Positions 20,355-30,276 of a DNA stretch of 64,000 bases are shown here, in pieces; the stretch's first letter is position 1, and each line of letters begins with the position of its first letter. A program made the translations under genes and the position numbers. The notes under the pieces are model-generated. The model was not told the origin of the DNA. It worked only from the letters and a program-made list of their open reading frames with translations, and ran no database searches. Source of the stretch: Candidatus Hydrogenedentota bacterium (lineage in GTDB: Bacteria; Hydrogenedentota; Hydrogenedentia; Hydrogenedentales; SLHB01); NCBI GenBank assembly GCA_963745075.1, contig CAVUWV010000024.1, positions 320,001 to 384,000 of the forward strand, in the 5' to 3' direction.

Positions 20355-21530
20355 ATGAACAATTTATGCTTAAGTCTGGTGCTAGTCCTTTGTGCGTGCG
20401 CGGTTGTTGCCGTACCGGATGCCCGCGCGGAAGACCCGAAGGGAGCCGAAGCGTCCCCCTCCCCTGACAGCGGTTTGGTAGACCCCAACCTCGACGAACG
20501 CGACAATGGCTACCTCGACCGCCAAGACACGGCCTTGCTCGACGAGGTGGCGAAGACCCTTGCTGCCGTTCCGCCGCAGCTGCCACAGCCGCCCGAACGG
20601 AAACTGGCGCTATATCTTTTGGACGCGGTGCTGCACGATGTCTACGCGCCGAATCGCATTCCGGTGCAACAGTTCTATCATTCCCAAATGGAACGGCTCG
20701 CCGACGAACTGGAGCATACCAAGGTCGAGGACGGCGCCGTCATATGGAAACTCTATAACCACGGATTCATTGTGCGCACGGCTTCCGTGACGCTTGCGTT
20801 TGATTTCTATCGGGGCGTGGAACGCTTCCGAGTGGAGGACCCCGTGAAGGGGCGACAGATCGTTGATAGCCCCGGATTCCCCATTTCGGAGACGTTGATG
20901 AAACGTATCGTCGACCAATGCGACGTCCTCTTCATCAGCCATCGCCATAGCGATCACGCGGACCCTGTAATTGCACAGGCGATCATCAACCAGGGAAAGC
21001 CGGTGGTCGCGCCGGACGAAGTGTTCAAAGGGCAGGACCTCCAGGCAAAGATCACGCACTTAGATAGAGTGGTCAATGAGGAACAGTCATTGGCGATCAA
21101 GAACGGTGCGTTGGAACTTCGACTCGTGGTCTACCCCGGACAACAGTATCAGGACGGGGGCATCCCGAATAACGTCGTGCTCGTGTTCACACCCGAGGGC
21201 ATGTCGTTCGCCCACAACGGCGACCAGATCAACGATCCCTATCCCGAGTATCAGGAAGACTACAAGTGGATCGACCACGTTCACGAACATTACAAGGTCG
21301 ACGTGCTCATGACCAACTGTTGGCTCAACGACATCATGCGGTTTACCCGCGGGTTCAATCCAAAGCTCGTGCTGCCCGGACACCAGAATGAATTGGGACA
21401 CGCCATCTGGGACCGGGTCCCTTACTGGGGCGATTCCGAGTATTTACACTTGACCTACCCGCAACTGCTGGTTTCGGACTATCCAGTCCTGGTGATGACA
21501 TGGGGCGAGTCGTTTCACTATATGCCGTGA
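20355..21530 (+). CDS. Secreted MBL-fold metallo-hydrolase
   Basis: SHRHSDHAD motif, HNGD, PGHQNELGH; signal peptide; GAGGAG RBS. Confidence 0.85.
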   Translation: MNNLCLSLVLVLCACAVVAVPDARAEDPKGAEASPSPDSGLVDPNLDERDNGYLDRQDTALLDEVAKTLAAVPPQLPQPPERKLALYLLDAVLHDVYAPNRIPVQQFYHSQMERLADELEHTKVEDGAVIWKLYNHGFIVRTASVTLAFDFYRGVERFRVEDPVKGRQIVDSPGFPISETLMKRIVDQCDVLFISHRHSDHADPVIAQAIINQGKPVVAPDEVFKGQDLQAKITHLDRVVNEEQSLAIKNGALELRLVVYPGQQYQDGGIPNNVVLVFTPEGMSFAHNGDQINDPYPEYQEDYKWIDHVHEHYKVDVLMTNCWLNDIMRFTRGFNPKLVLPGHQNELGHAIWDRVPYWGDSEYLHLTYPQLLVSDYPVLVMTWGESFHYMP

Positions 21531-21579
21531 AAGCGCGTTTCCCCGTTGACGCCGATGCCGGCTGCGAAAGGAAAAGGAT

Positions 21580-22398
21580 ATGAACGCGGCCATTTACGTG
21601 GCGGTCGTATGGGCAAGCGTCGCGCAGCCATCCTTCGAGTTCTTCAAGACCGACACACCCGCCCGGCCCTTCGCGGTGATGGTCCATCGCGGACGCATGG
21701 ATCTCGCTCCGGAAAACACCGCGCCTGCGATCGAGGCATGCATCGAGCGCGGCTACGAATGGGTCGAGATCGACGTTCGATTGACCAGGGATCATCATCA
21801 TGTCGTCTTCCACAACGGCAAGGTAGACGGCAAAACGGACGGTGCGGGCGCGGTATCCGACCTGACACTGGATGAGATCAAGAAACTCGATGCCGGCATC
21901 AGGTTTTCCGAAGCGTTCAAAGGCGAAAAGATATTGACTTTTCCCGAATTGCTGAAGCTTGCCAAAGGCCGGATCAACATCTACGTCGATTGCAAGGTTA
22001 TCGATCCGGAGCTTTTCGCGGCGGAAATCCGCGATGCGGGAATGGAGCGGCAAGTCGTGGTCTTCGACGATCCGGACGTCCTGGCCGAGGTCCAACGCTT
22101 ATCGGAAGGCACAATTCCCATCATGCCCAAGTGGCATCCGGAATTTGGAATCGATCCGTGGGTCGCGCGACTCCAGCCCGCAGCCGTCGAAATCAACGCC
22201 GATGAAGTCACCGAAGAACGGTGTCGGCACTTCCAGGGTTTGGGGATTGTCGTTCAAGCCAAGGTGCTGGGCGATGACGATCGACCGGACGTGTGGCGGC
22301 GAATGCTCGAAGCGGGCGTGCAGTGGTTCCAGACGGACCGGCCGGACGAACTTATCGCTGTGTGCGTCGACTCGATAGATAAGGCGCGTTCGAACTAA
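21580..22398 (+). CDS. Glycerophosphodiester phosphodiesterase family protein
   Basis: HRG...APENT, VEIDVRLTRD...VVFH, QTDRP. Confidence 0.9.
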   Translation: MNAAIYVAVVWASVAQPSFEFFKTDTPARPFAVMVHRGRMDLAPENTAPAIEACIERGYEWVEIDVRLTRDHHHVVFHNGKVDGKTDGAGAVSDLTLDEIKKLDAGIRFSEAFKGEKILTFPELLKLAKGRINIYVDCKVIDPELFAAEIRDAGMERQVVVFDDPDVLAEVQRLSEGTIPIMPKWHPEFGIDPWVARLQPAAVEINADEVTEERCRHFQGLGIVVQAKVLGDDDRPDVWRRMLEAGVQWFQTDRPDELIAVCVDSIDKARSN

Positions 22399-22596
22399 TC
22401 AGGCGGCGTGGGCGGTGCGGATGGCTTTGACGAGGACGAGGGTCATTCCAAACATGTCCAGGGTGTCCAGGTAACGCGTTGCGCATTCCGGACAATACGT
22501 GTGGACGCAATCATCTTTGCCGACGGGGGAAATCGTCAGTTCGACCCAGGATTGGTCGAGGTCACGGCGGCCACAGACTTGGCAACTTCGGTTCAT
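22399..22596 (-). CDS. Small putative zinc-finger protein (65 aa)
   Basis: CQVC...W...HTYCPEC; GAGGAG RBS. Confidence 0.65.
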   Translation of the reverse strand: MNRSCQVCGRRDLDQSWVELTISPVGKDDCVHTYCPECATRYLDTLDMFGMTLVLVKAIRTAHAA

Positions 22597-22848
22597 CGGT
22601 CACTCCTCAATTCACATCCCCTCTCAGGCCCCGAATCGATCGCGGCCATTTCAATAGTAGACAATTGACGGAGACAATTTATTCATTCTAACCAATTGAT
22701 AATTCATGCGTTGTCTAAACCGTCCGGTAGGTATATTTGCGCAACCATCGACCGACCAGCGATTTCTGCACGTTCCGCTCTATGCTACCGGGAAACGATA
22801 CTCAACCGTTTGGGACGCCATGCGCACCTGTGTTACGGTGGATTTCGC

Positions 22849-23271
22849 ATGGGGTCGTCATTGGTAGAGAGCAAGCCCGCGCGCCCGGTCGCCGTGGTCC
22901 TGGCCATCGGAATCTTCGTGGGGTGGGAATTCGGCGTGAAATCCACCCTCGCCAAGCGCCAGGCTTGGGAAGGCAAGGTGCCAAACGTCTACCGGCAGCG
23001 CGAATGGCTGCGCGGTTTCCGCAAGTCCGGCAAAGCCGAGTACCTTTACTACGATCATTACTGGACCGTCGCATGCACCGACGGAGAATCCCGCACCGTC
23101 GAAGTCCCCCATACTCTCTGGCAGGGCGCGACGGTTGGTACTCCGCTCCGCAAGGTCGAAGGCGAGCGCTACCCCGTTATCGACACGCCCGAAGGTGCAT
23201 CGCGCCGTGAGATGAACGAACGAGTCGTCAATACGCTCGTCGACGAAGTGAAACGCGCGGTTACGGAGTAG
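22849..23271 (+). CDS. Hypothetical membrane-anchored protein
   Basis: One N-terminal hydrophobic helix then beta-rich segment (AWEGKV...VGTPLRKVEGERYP); GC3-biased codons; start uncertain. Confidence 0.65.
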   Translation: MGSSLVESKPARPVAVVLAIGIFVGWEFGVKSTLAKRQAWEGKVPNVYRQREWLRGFRKSGKAEYLYYDHYWTVACTDGESRTVEVPHTLWQGATVGTPLRKVEGERYPVIDTPEGASRREMNERVVNTLVDEVKRAVTE

Positions 23272-23280
23272 CGGAACCGC

Positions 23281-23820
23281 TCAATCCTCGGCATGATATT
23301 TTTCCATGCACTCCGGGCAGATGGCGTGAGAGAACTCCGCATGGGTCCGATCCCGCACGTAAGTTTCGACGGCTACCCAATCTGGATTCTCGGACTCCTG
23401 TGCAGAATCGGTTTGAATCTTTTTGCAGTAGCAACAGATTGGCAGAATGCCTTCGAGCGTTCGAATGCGATCGAGGGCGGATTGAAGATCGCTGTTGCGC
23501 CGTTGCAAGTCCAACTGCGCAGCTTTGCTTTCCTGCAAGCGGCGGTAGGCGAAGATGAACGCTGCGACCAACAGAAAGAGGGCGACGCTGACCAGTTCAT
23601 CGACTTCCCAGGCCTCGTAGCGGTGTGCGAATCGGTCGAGCGTTTCCAGTAAATCAACGGCGTGCGCCACGACAAACAGCAATGCGGCACAAAAGGCGAT
23701 CGCAATCAGTTCCCCCACCACGTGTCGAGACTGGACCTGCGTGTCGCGCGGTTGAAATCGATCGTCGGATGGTTCGCTCGGTTCCTCGATAAATGACAAA
23801 CCCGTATTCCCCCTGGACAT
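23281..23820 (-). CDS. Two-TM membrane protein with coiled coil and C-terminal LPICxxCKKI...SHxICPEC domain
   Basis: Two hydrophobic helices, ALDRIRTLEGILPICCYCKKI...W..VETYV...EFSHAICPEC. Confidence 0.8.
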   Translation of the reverse strand: MSRGNTGLSFIEEPSEPSDDRFQPRDTQVQSRHVVGELIAIAFCAALLFVVAHAVDLLETLDRFAHRYEAWEVDELVSVALFLLVAAFIFAYRRLQESKAAQLDLQRRNSDLQSALDRIRTLEGILPICCYCKKIQTDSAQESENPDWVAVETYVRDRTHAEFSHAICPECMEKYHAED

Positions 23821-23878
23821 TCCAAACCCCCGCCGGAATTATACCATCAAGTTCTCATCCCCGAAATGGAGAAAGCGC

Positions 23879-25525
23879 CTATTCTCTCGAAATCGACCCT
23901 TCACCACGGAGTCGCGTCAGCGCATCTTTCCCGTAGCCAAGTACGATCGATCCTGACTCAATTCCTTTGTAGGCAATTACATAGCCTGTTGAATGGGTGG
24001 TCGTGTCAACCACCATCTCCGTGTCCAATACGCGGATAAATCGCGACCGGGGATTGGTGAAACGGACCTCAAACGTTCGCTCAGACTGGCTCCACTGCAC
24101 GTCCACCGCTTCGCCGATGGATTGAATGCTGTGAGCGGACAACGCGTGTACGCGGCTGGCGGTATCCGTATTGGACAGCAGGCCCACCGCCTCCGGAAGT
24201 CCGTTCTGAAACACGTAGGCGCCGCGTAGGTCCGCGGGGACGTTAACGACGATGACGGGCGCGTGCGCCGTTTCCGCCGTTGCGGTGACCTCGCGGGCAA
24301 TCTCTTCGCTCAAGAGACCGGCCTGGCGCCATACGTCGTAGATATTACTGCTCAGGAAACCAAAACAGACGATTGTGTATGTGACGATTGCTGCCACGCC
24401 CACGTAGCGTCGTTTGAAAACCTGGACGAGGAACAAGGTCACCCCAATCGCCGCAAACACCGACGGAAAATAGAGGAACCGATCCCCTTGCGTATTGACC
24501 GTGCTCACGGTAAGGGTAAATACGGGGATGAGTGCAACGAGAAAACACGCCGCAAAGAACAACATGGCGCGCGCGAGACTACGAAGCCGCCATCGCGAGA
24601 ATGCCGCCGCGACCAACACTCCGCCGAGAACCGTATACCCGAAAAGCACGGTGCGCCAATGCGTTTGCAATGCCGGGCCGAGGTCGATCCCGAGGGGGGG
24701 AGCGGCGACCCGGAGCACGTGCCGCGTCAACCGGTCCGCTATGCCCGGAAAGTCGATTGCGAGATGACCGTGCGCACCGTACCCGCCTAAGGGGGTTCCC
24801 AGGGTAATGTATCGAGCAAGGAGATATCCTGCGAGGACCAGCGCGTACAAGCCAATCGATCCGGCCAGGCTCCGCGTGCGCCACTCCCCGGGCCGTTGCA
24901 CGATTGCGACCAGAATCAGAATCGCCGGCAGAGACAACACGGATTCTTTTGCCAGCAACGCAAGTCCAAAGCTGAGACACGACACAATCAGATACCGAAA
25001 GGTCTCGCGCTTCAAGAACCACAAGAAGGCAAGAATCGAGATGAGTCCGAAAAACGTCGCGATTAGATCCGTCCGGCCGGAAATCCACGCCACCGGCTCC
25101 GAATGGCAGGGCAGGACGAGGAAGAGAATTGCCGCCGCGTAGCTCATGAGCCATCGTTTCGTCGGGTTCGGTACGAATCGTTCGAACAGACCCCACGCCA
25201 ACACTCCGACGAGAAAGGCGTTCAACCCATGCAACGTCAGATTCGTGAGATGGAATCCGTCCGGGTTTAATCCCCAGACCGCGTAGTCGAGCCAAAAGGT
25301 TGCCACCGTCAACGGTCGCAGAAAGCCCCCGTGCGTTTCGCCCCACGTCGCAAAGAACGAACCGGACGCCACGCGCCCGATCAACCCGAAGTCGTCGGAG
25401 AGAAAGAACGTTCCGAGCACCTGCGAGAATGCGAAATAGCTAAGCGTCACGCATACCAACGCAAACAGAGGCACCATGCGCAACGGCAGGGGGAAACGCG
25501 AATCTGTCGTCGCAGTCTCATTCAC
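23879..25525 (-). CDS. GT-C fold integral membrane glycosyltransferase (GT39/PMT-like)
   Basis: FLSDDF, FLRPL, GFHLTNLTLH, HSEPVAWISGRTD, ALLAKES, DRFLYFPS. Confidence 0.82.
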   Translation of the reverse strand: MNETATTDSRFPLPLRMVPLFALVCVTLSYFAFSQVLGTFFLSDDFGLIGRVASGSFFATWGETHGGFLRPLTVATFWLDYAVWGLNPDGFHLTNLTLHGLNAFLVGVLAWGLFERFVPNPTKRWLMSYAAAILFLVLPCHSEPVAWISGRTDLIATFFGLISILAFLWFLKRETFRYLIVSCLSFGLALLAKESVLSLPAILILVAIVQRPGEWRTRSLAGSIGLYALVLAGYLLARYITLGTPLGGYGAHGHLAIDFPGIADRLTRHVLRVAAPPLGIDLGPALQTHWRTVLFGYTVLGGVLVAAAFSRWRLRSLARAMLFFAACFLVALIPVFTLTVSTVNTQGDRFLYFPSVFAAIGVTLFLVQVFKRRYVGVAAIVTYTIVCFGFLSSNIYDVWRQAGLLSEEIAREVTATAETAHAPVIVVNVPADLRGAYVFQNGLPEAVGLLSNTDTASRVHALSAHSIQSIGEAVDVQWSQSERTFEVRFTNPRSRFIRVLDTEMVVDTTTHSTGYVIAYKGIESGSIVLGYGKDALTRLRGEGSISRE

Positions 25526-25697
25526 CGTCGTGCAACCCTCGATAACCGTCCTGCCGTAAAGCGTCGGCCCTGCTTGGCTTCATCCATCACACGCGATTAG
25601 ACCGCAGCCACGATACCCGGCGCAAGACGCGTTGTCCGAGTGCGTGTATTGTTTCTTAGGTCCTTTACGTTCTGAATGCCCGGCACGTCTCATCTGA

Positions 25698-25724
25698 CCC
25701 ATAGGTCCTATACGTCCTATGGGA
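25698..25724. repeat. Short 9-mer tandem/palindromic repeat (CCYATRNGW x3)
   Basis: cccataggt cctatacgt cctatggga; outer units are complementary (cccatagg/cctatggg). Confidence 0.55.
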
Positions 25725-25783
25725 CCCCTTGACGCCCCGCCCCACGATCGTGCAGGCTGCCAGAAACGAGCAGGAGTCACCCT

Positions 25784-26961
25784 ATGACATTCACCCGCCG
25801 CGAATTTCTGCAATCAACCGCCACGGCTGCCGGTCTTGCGCCCCTGGCAGGCATCGCCGCCGCGCCGGCTGCGGCCGGTCCCACGCCGCTGCTGAAACCC
25901 GTCCACGACTCCGTCGTGTGCCCGTGGACGCCCCAGCATCCGCGAAATGATCACCAGCTCATCTTTCCTCTCGACGACGCACGGCTTATGCTGGTCTGGA
26001 GCGAGTATTACGACAACAACGCCGACCCGAATGCCACCATCGGCAGCGCCAACGCGACCGACGAAGTGCCGTGCCAGATTGCATCCATGATTTCCACGGA
26101 CCGCGGCCGCACTTGGGGCAACCGCCGCGTGCTGCAGCCGAACGTGTGGAAACACAACGTCAAACACCCGAACCTCATCCGGCTCTCGGACCGGGAAGTC
26201 CTTTTCTTCTACGTGGGCTGGGACTCAAACGTGAACCGCAACGTGTACATGCGGCGTTCGCTGGACAACTGCGAGACCTTCGGTGAACAGATTCAGATCT
26301 CCGAGCCGGGTTGGTACTGCAACAACGCGGACCACGCCCTGCGCCTCAGCACGGGCCGCGTTATCCTGCCCGCCCACGGTCCGTACGCGGAGAACTACAT
26401 CGGCGGCGCGCCGTACAAGGGCGGTGATCTCCACGCTTTCGTCTTTTACTCCGACGACGGGTTCAAGACCTGGCAACGCAGCAGCGACAGCATGACGGCG
26501 AAGGGGAGAGGCTGCCACGAACCCACCATCGTCGAGTTGAAAGATGGCCGCCTTTACTGCCTCCTGCGCAACACGAACCAATGCCAGTACTACAGCATCT
26601 CCGAAGACGGCGGCGACCATTGGACCCAACCCGCGCCGACGACCCTTGCGTCCCCCGAATCCCCGGCCCTACTCAAACGCATCCCGACGTACCGGCGACA
26701 TCCTCGTCCTCTGGAACAACGTCGCCTCCAAATCCAACTGGCCCCGCATCCCCCTCACCGCCGCCATATCGACAGGACGAATGCCAAACCTGGACTCACT
26801 ACCACGACATCGACAACCGCACCGACCACGATGCCGCCTACCCCTCCTGCACCTTTGTCGGCGACGAAGCCCTCATCGCCTACTACTCCCGAGATACCAA
26901 GTGGAAACGGGATGCGGAGGTGACGCTGCGGATTTATAAAGTGGGGCAGTTCTACACGTAG
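25784..26961 (+). CDS. Tat-exported BNR/Asp-box sialidase-like protein; two frameshifts (~26690, ~26773)
   Basis: TRREFL Tat motif; Asp boxes STDRGRTW, SLDNCETF, SDDGFKTW, SEDGGDHW; C-terminus (GDILVLWNN, RIPLTAAIS, AYPS) continues in the +1 and +2 frames. Confidence 0.85.
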
Positions 26962-26983
26962 TGAATGCTAAACGTAATGACGA

Positions 26984-27006
26984 ATTCCCGCGAAAGCGGG
27001 AACCCA
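26984..27006. repeat. Single REP-like hairpin (ATTCCCGCGAAAGCGGGAA type)
   Basis: ttcccgc-gaaa-gcgggaa GNRA hairpin followed by ccca; resembles the ATTCCC-N8-GGGAAT repeat class. Confidence 0.6.
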
Positions 27007-27062
27007 TCTTAGAAGTATGCATAGAGCCGTACACGTGCGGAAAGAATCCCAGGGATTGAGGA

Positions 27063-27910
27063 ATGAGAATCATCTCCGAATACAAGGATTACTACGACTC
27101 CGCGCAGAGCTACGGTTCCGATCCAAATCTGATCTACGTGCGGAAGCAGGAGAGCTTCGAATTCGAGCTGCGGTACTCGTTACACGAAGACCGAAAAGGA
27201 CTCTTGCCGAAGCAATTAGACAGAATCCTCAGTTTACCGCTTGAGCTTATCAAAGGATTCCCACATGCGATTAGAGAGCCGCTCGGGCGATGGAAAACCA
27301 ACGAGTTGGAGATCCCAGTTACGGTCAAACTCATAGGGTTCTGCGGTATTTTGTACCCCGCGATTGAAATTGCCGGTACGACATTCTACTCTACGCACGA
27401 TATCGTGGGCGGATTGGTCGAATCCTACTTGAATCGGTATGGACGAACAGGAAAGCATTGGGGGCCGCACTTGGTCGGAAGGTCAGGCCACGGCGTGGCT
27501 TGTATTGGTGGTCTGATCCGCTTACGCACGGGACTTGGGACACCGCCGCCGCAAATGTCCTGAACAAGCGGTTCGATGATATCTTCATCGAGCTGGCGAT
27601 ACCCGCTTTCAAGGTCGAATACATCGCGCTCAACAGACTCAAGAGCGTTGACAAGATTCGCTGTACCCTCAATCCGTTTCTAAAACCAGATGGGTTTCAA
27701 AGGATCAAAGGTCCGGCGGAGGCTTTTCAAGAGATCTCCATCTATCTTGGTAACCAACTTGCGCACCAGCCCGATCCAATCGCCAACATCTCCGACGAAG
27801 TCCTTCGAGACGAAAAGGGCTTCGACGAATGGTCCTTCCGCCGCCACCAGGAGGAAGACAAGAAGTATAAGAAGCGAAAGCGGGGTAAAGGGGAATCACC
27901 GACCGCATAA
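27063..27910 (+). CDS. Hypothetical protein, frameshifted near 27440-27460; lower GC than flanks
   Basis: N-part MRIISEYKDYYD...LIGFCGILYP and C-part LNPFLK..GFQRI...EAFQEISIYLGN...KGFDEWSFR lie in overlapping frames and read like one protein; GAGG RBS. Confidence 0.7.
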
Positions 27911-27936
27911 TAGGCTTACTGAAGTCTGCTCGTTTG

Positions 27937-28644
27937 CTACTTGATTCTGGTTTCATAGACATAGCCATATGAAAACCATTCCCCGTTCCGTTGAAAGATC
28001 TGAATGATTCCATCTGTATTCAGTTGGCGGTAGAAATCGATGTTCTCCTTAACAAATGGCTTGGCGGGTAATTCGCTAAAGCCAACCAGCCGCAATTGGT
28101 AGTCCTTCAGGGCTGCTTCCAGGGTCTGGTGATAATCCGTTAACGAATGAATAGGCAAATACAGTCGGGAATTGGAATGCATGTACTGCTTCGCTGAATT
28201 CAGAAGCTCCAGAATGAGATCGTTCCCGAATTCCCCTCCAGAGAACACCTCGATGTCCTCACTTTCCATCCGTGCCAAATGCGATGGAGCCACAATTTCG
28301 TTTGGAAGATTCGCAATAATCACATCGAACGCCGGGGTCGTGTCCGCAAAAAGGGAACCTTGGTGGCAGCAGATTTCAACACCGTTCAGTAGTGCGTTCT
28401 TTTTCGCCGCTACAATGGCTCGCGAATCAGTATCGGTTGCTTCAACAGATGCACCTCTCTTGCTTGCCATTACTGCCAAAAGTCCCGATCCCGTACCGAT
28501 ATCGATTGCTCTTTCTCCCTGATGAACGGTAATGCTTTCCGCATAGAATAAGCCGTTGGGTGAAGGCATGAAGACTCCGTCAGCAGCCTCGATCAGAACT
28601 TCTGTATTTCGAATTTCAAAACACCGCTTGTTCTCTTGAGACAT
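27937..28644 (-). CDS. Class I SAM-dependent methyltransferase (HemK/PrmC-like)
   Basis: GVFMP, IDIGTGSG, FDVIIANLP, FSGGEFG; AT-richer codon use. Confidence 0.88.
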   Translation of the reverse strand: MSQENKRCFEIRNTEVLIEAADGVFMPSPNGLFYAESITVHQGERAIDIGTGSGLLAVMASKRGASVEATDTDSRAIVAAKKNALLNGVEICCHQGSLFADTTPAFDVIIANLPNEIVAPSHLARMESEDIEVFSGGEFGNDLILELLNSAKQYMHSNSRLYLPIHSLTDYHQTLEAALKDYQLRLVGFSELPAKPFVKENIDFYRQLNTDGIIQIFQRNGEWFSYGYVYETRIK

Positions 28645-29054
28645 ACGTGCCTTCCTGGTGCGCAGCCGTTGGAAAGAGAGTTCTTAGACAAAGCCCAATC
28701 AGGTACCCCTGCGCAGCATCCCCATGCAGCTTTCCGTGTGCGACAATTGTTCTGCCGAGACTCTGTCTCAAATACTGTCTCTGGTTTAATCGAGGCAATG
28801 TTTGTGTGTCAAATCCGGATCGTCATGACGCGCTTCATCAGGGCGATAGGCGAAACCGTGCACTTGCTGTCCTTCACCCTGGTTTGCCCATGATTCGGTT
28901 CTGGCTATGCGCTGCCATAGGTTGCGCGTCGCGATAAGACGCGGTTGCTGCGGTGCATCTTGCGATTGCCCCAATCTTGTGGTGGTTAGGCTCAAGGTAC
29001 CAATCCTTGCTCTCGATTCGGCATCCCGGCGAAATATCCCCCTAAAAATATACC

Positions 29055-29083
29055 TTGCTATCCCCCTGAGAATATGGTATAAA
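29055..29083 (+). promoter_or_regulatory. Sigma70 promoter of RRM copy 1
   Basis: TTGCTA-17 nt-TATAAA with extended -10 TG and upstream A-tract; both boxes conserved in copy 2 while the spacer diverges. Confidence 0.8.
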
Positions 29084-29089
29084 CATGTT

Positions 29090-29287
29090 CCCTGAAGGGG
29101 AAGACGGGTTGTCGTGCCTTGTGGCGTGGCGGTTGCCCGGTGTTCCTGGCCTTTGGATGACGATGCTGCCAATGACTCCGCTGGATGCTTGATGTACTGC
29201 TTCTTGCCTTTCACTTGGTCCCTTCGTTCCCCCGACGTCTCGAACCATCTCCTGAAAACGCAGTAGAACTGCAAAAGGAACCAGTGA
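29090..29287 (+). ncRNA. Conserved structured 5' leader of RRM copy 1 (candidate cis-regulatory RNA)
   Basis: Aligns end to end with 29749-29933; conserved hairpin base, variable apex, gcag/ctgc hairpin before the SD. Confidence 0.55.
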
Positions 29288-29584
29288 ATGAATATCTATG
29301 TAGGCAATTTGGCGTACGAAACCACCGAAAACGACCTGAAACAAGCGTTTGAGGTCTACGGAAAAGTCGACACCGCGCGGACCATCGTCGACAAGTACAC
29401 GAACCAGTCCAAGGGCTTCGGTTTTGTGGAAATGCCGGACAGCAGCGAGGCCCAGGCGGCCATCAGCGGCATGGACGGCAAAGACATGGGCGGTCGCTCG
29501 ATCAAGGTCAACGAAGCTCGCCCGAAGACCGAAGGCGGTCGTGGCGGCGGCGGTGGTTACGGCGGCGGCGGTCGCTCCTGGTAA
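29288..29584 (+). CDS. RRM-domain RNA-binding protein with Gly-rich tail (Rbp type), copy 1
   Basis: RNP2 IYVGNL, RNP1 KGFGFVEM, VNEARP, RGG tail. Confidence 0.97.
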   Translation: MNIYVGNLAYETTENDLKQAFEVYGKVDTARTIVDKYTNQSKGFGFVEMPDSSEAQAAISGMDGKDMGGRSIKVNEARPKTEGGRGGGGGYGGGGRSW

Positions 29585-29616
29585 CCGGTTAAGACCGTTT
29601 CATAAGTGTACACTTT

Positions 29617-29667
29617 CGGGGGTCGTATGGCGCAAAAGGGCCATACGACCCCCGGTTCTGTTGTTCT
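29617..29667 (+). terminator. Intrinsic terminator after RRM copy 1
   Basis: 15-bp perfect stem cgggggtcgtatggc / gccatacgacccccg followed by ttctgttgtt. Confidence 0.75.
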
Positions 29668-29713
29668 CCTTCCCGTCCCGGTCGCGGCGGGATATCCCAC
29701 TAAAAAATATACC

Positions 29714-29742
29714 TTGCTATCGGCCTCAAAGTATGGTATAAA
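29714..29742 (+). promoter_or_regulatory. Sigma70 promoter of RRM copy 2
   Basis: TTGCTA-17 nt-TATAAA with extended -10 TG and upstream A-tract. Confidence 0.8.
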
Positions 29743-29748
29743 AGGACT

Positions 29749-29933
29749 TCCAGAAGGGGAAGATGGGTTGCCTCGGTTGGTGCCCGGTGTTCCTGGCCTT
29801 TGGATGACGATGCTACCAATGACGCCGCTAGATGCTCGCTGTACCGCTTCTTGCCATTCGCTTGGTCCCTCGCTTCACCTAATGTCTCGAACCATCCCTG
29901 TAAACGCAGCAAAACTGCAAAAGGAACCCGTGA
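29749..29933 (+). ncRNA. Conserved structured 5' leader of RRM copy 2
   Basis: Paralog of 29090-29287. Confidence 0.55.
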
Positions 29934-30245
29934 ATGAACATCTACGTAGGTAACCTGCCGTACGAAACCACCGAGTCCGACCTGAAAGAGGCCTTTGAGG
30001 CCTACGGCAAGGTTGACACCGCGCGGACCATCGTCGACAAGTACACGAACCAGTCCAAGGGCTTCGGTTTCGTGGAAATGCCGGATAGCGCCGAGGCTCA
30101 GGCGGCCATCGCCGGTCTGGACGGCAAAGACATGGGCGGCCGCGCCTTGAAGGTCAATGAAGCTCGCCCGAAGACCGAAGGCGGTCGTGGTGGCGGCGGT
30201 GGCTACGGCGGCGGCGGCGGTGGTCGCGGCGGCCGCTCCTGGTAA
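29934..30245 (+). CDS. RRM-domain RNA-binding protein with Gly-rich tail, copy 2
   Basis: RNP2/RNP1 motifs; near-identical to copy 1 with a longer RGG tail. Confidence 0.97.
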   Translation: MNIYVGNLPYETTESDLKEAFEAYGKVDTARTIVDKYTNQSKGFGFVEMPDSAEAQAAIAGLDGKDMGGRALKVNEARPKTEGGRGGGGGYGGGGGGRGGRSW

Positions 30246-30276
30246 CCAGGTAAGACCACACTACACAGCTCACAAC

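Noticed and set aside
29190..29192. Selenocysteine TGA in the leader ORF of RRM copy 1
   Set aside because: It aligns with CGC (Arg), not Cys, in copy 2, and no SECIS-like hairpin is evident.
28786..29912. Paired minus-strand ORFs sharing SSSKGQEHRA
   Set aside because: Similarity follows from the nucleotide duplication; differences are mostly non-synonymous in that frame and starts and stops are not shared.
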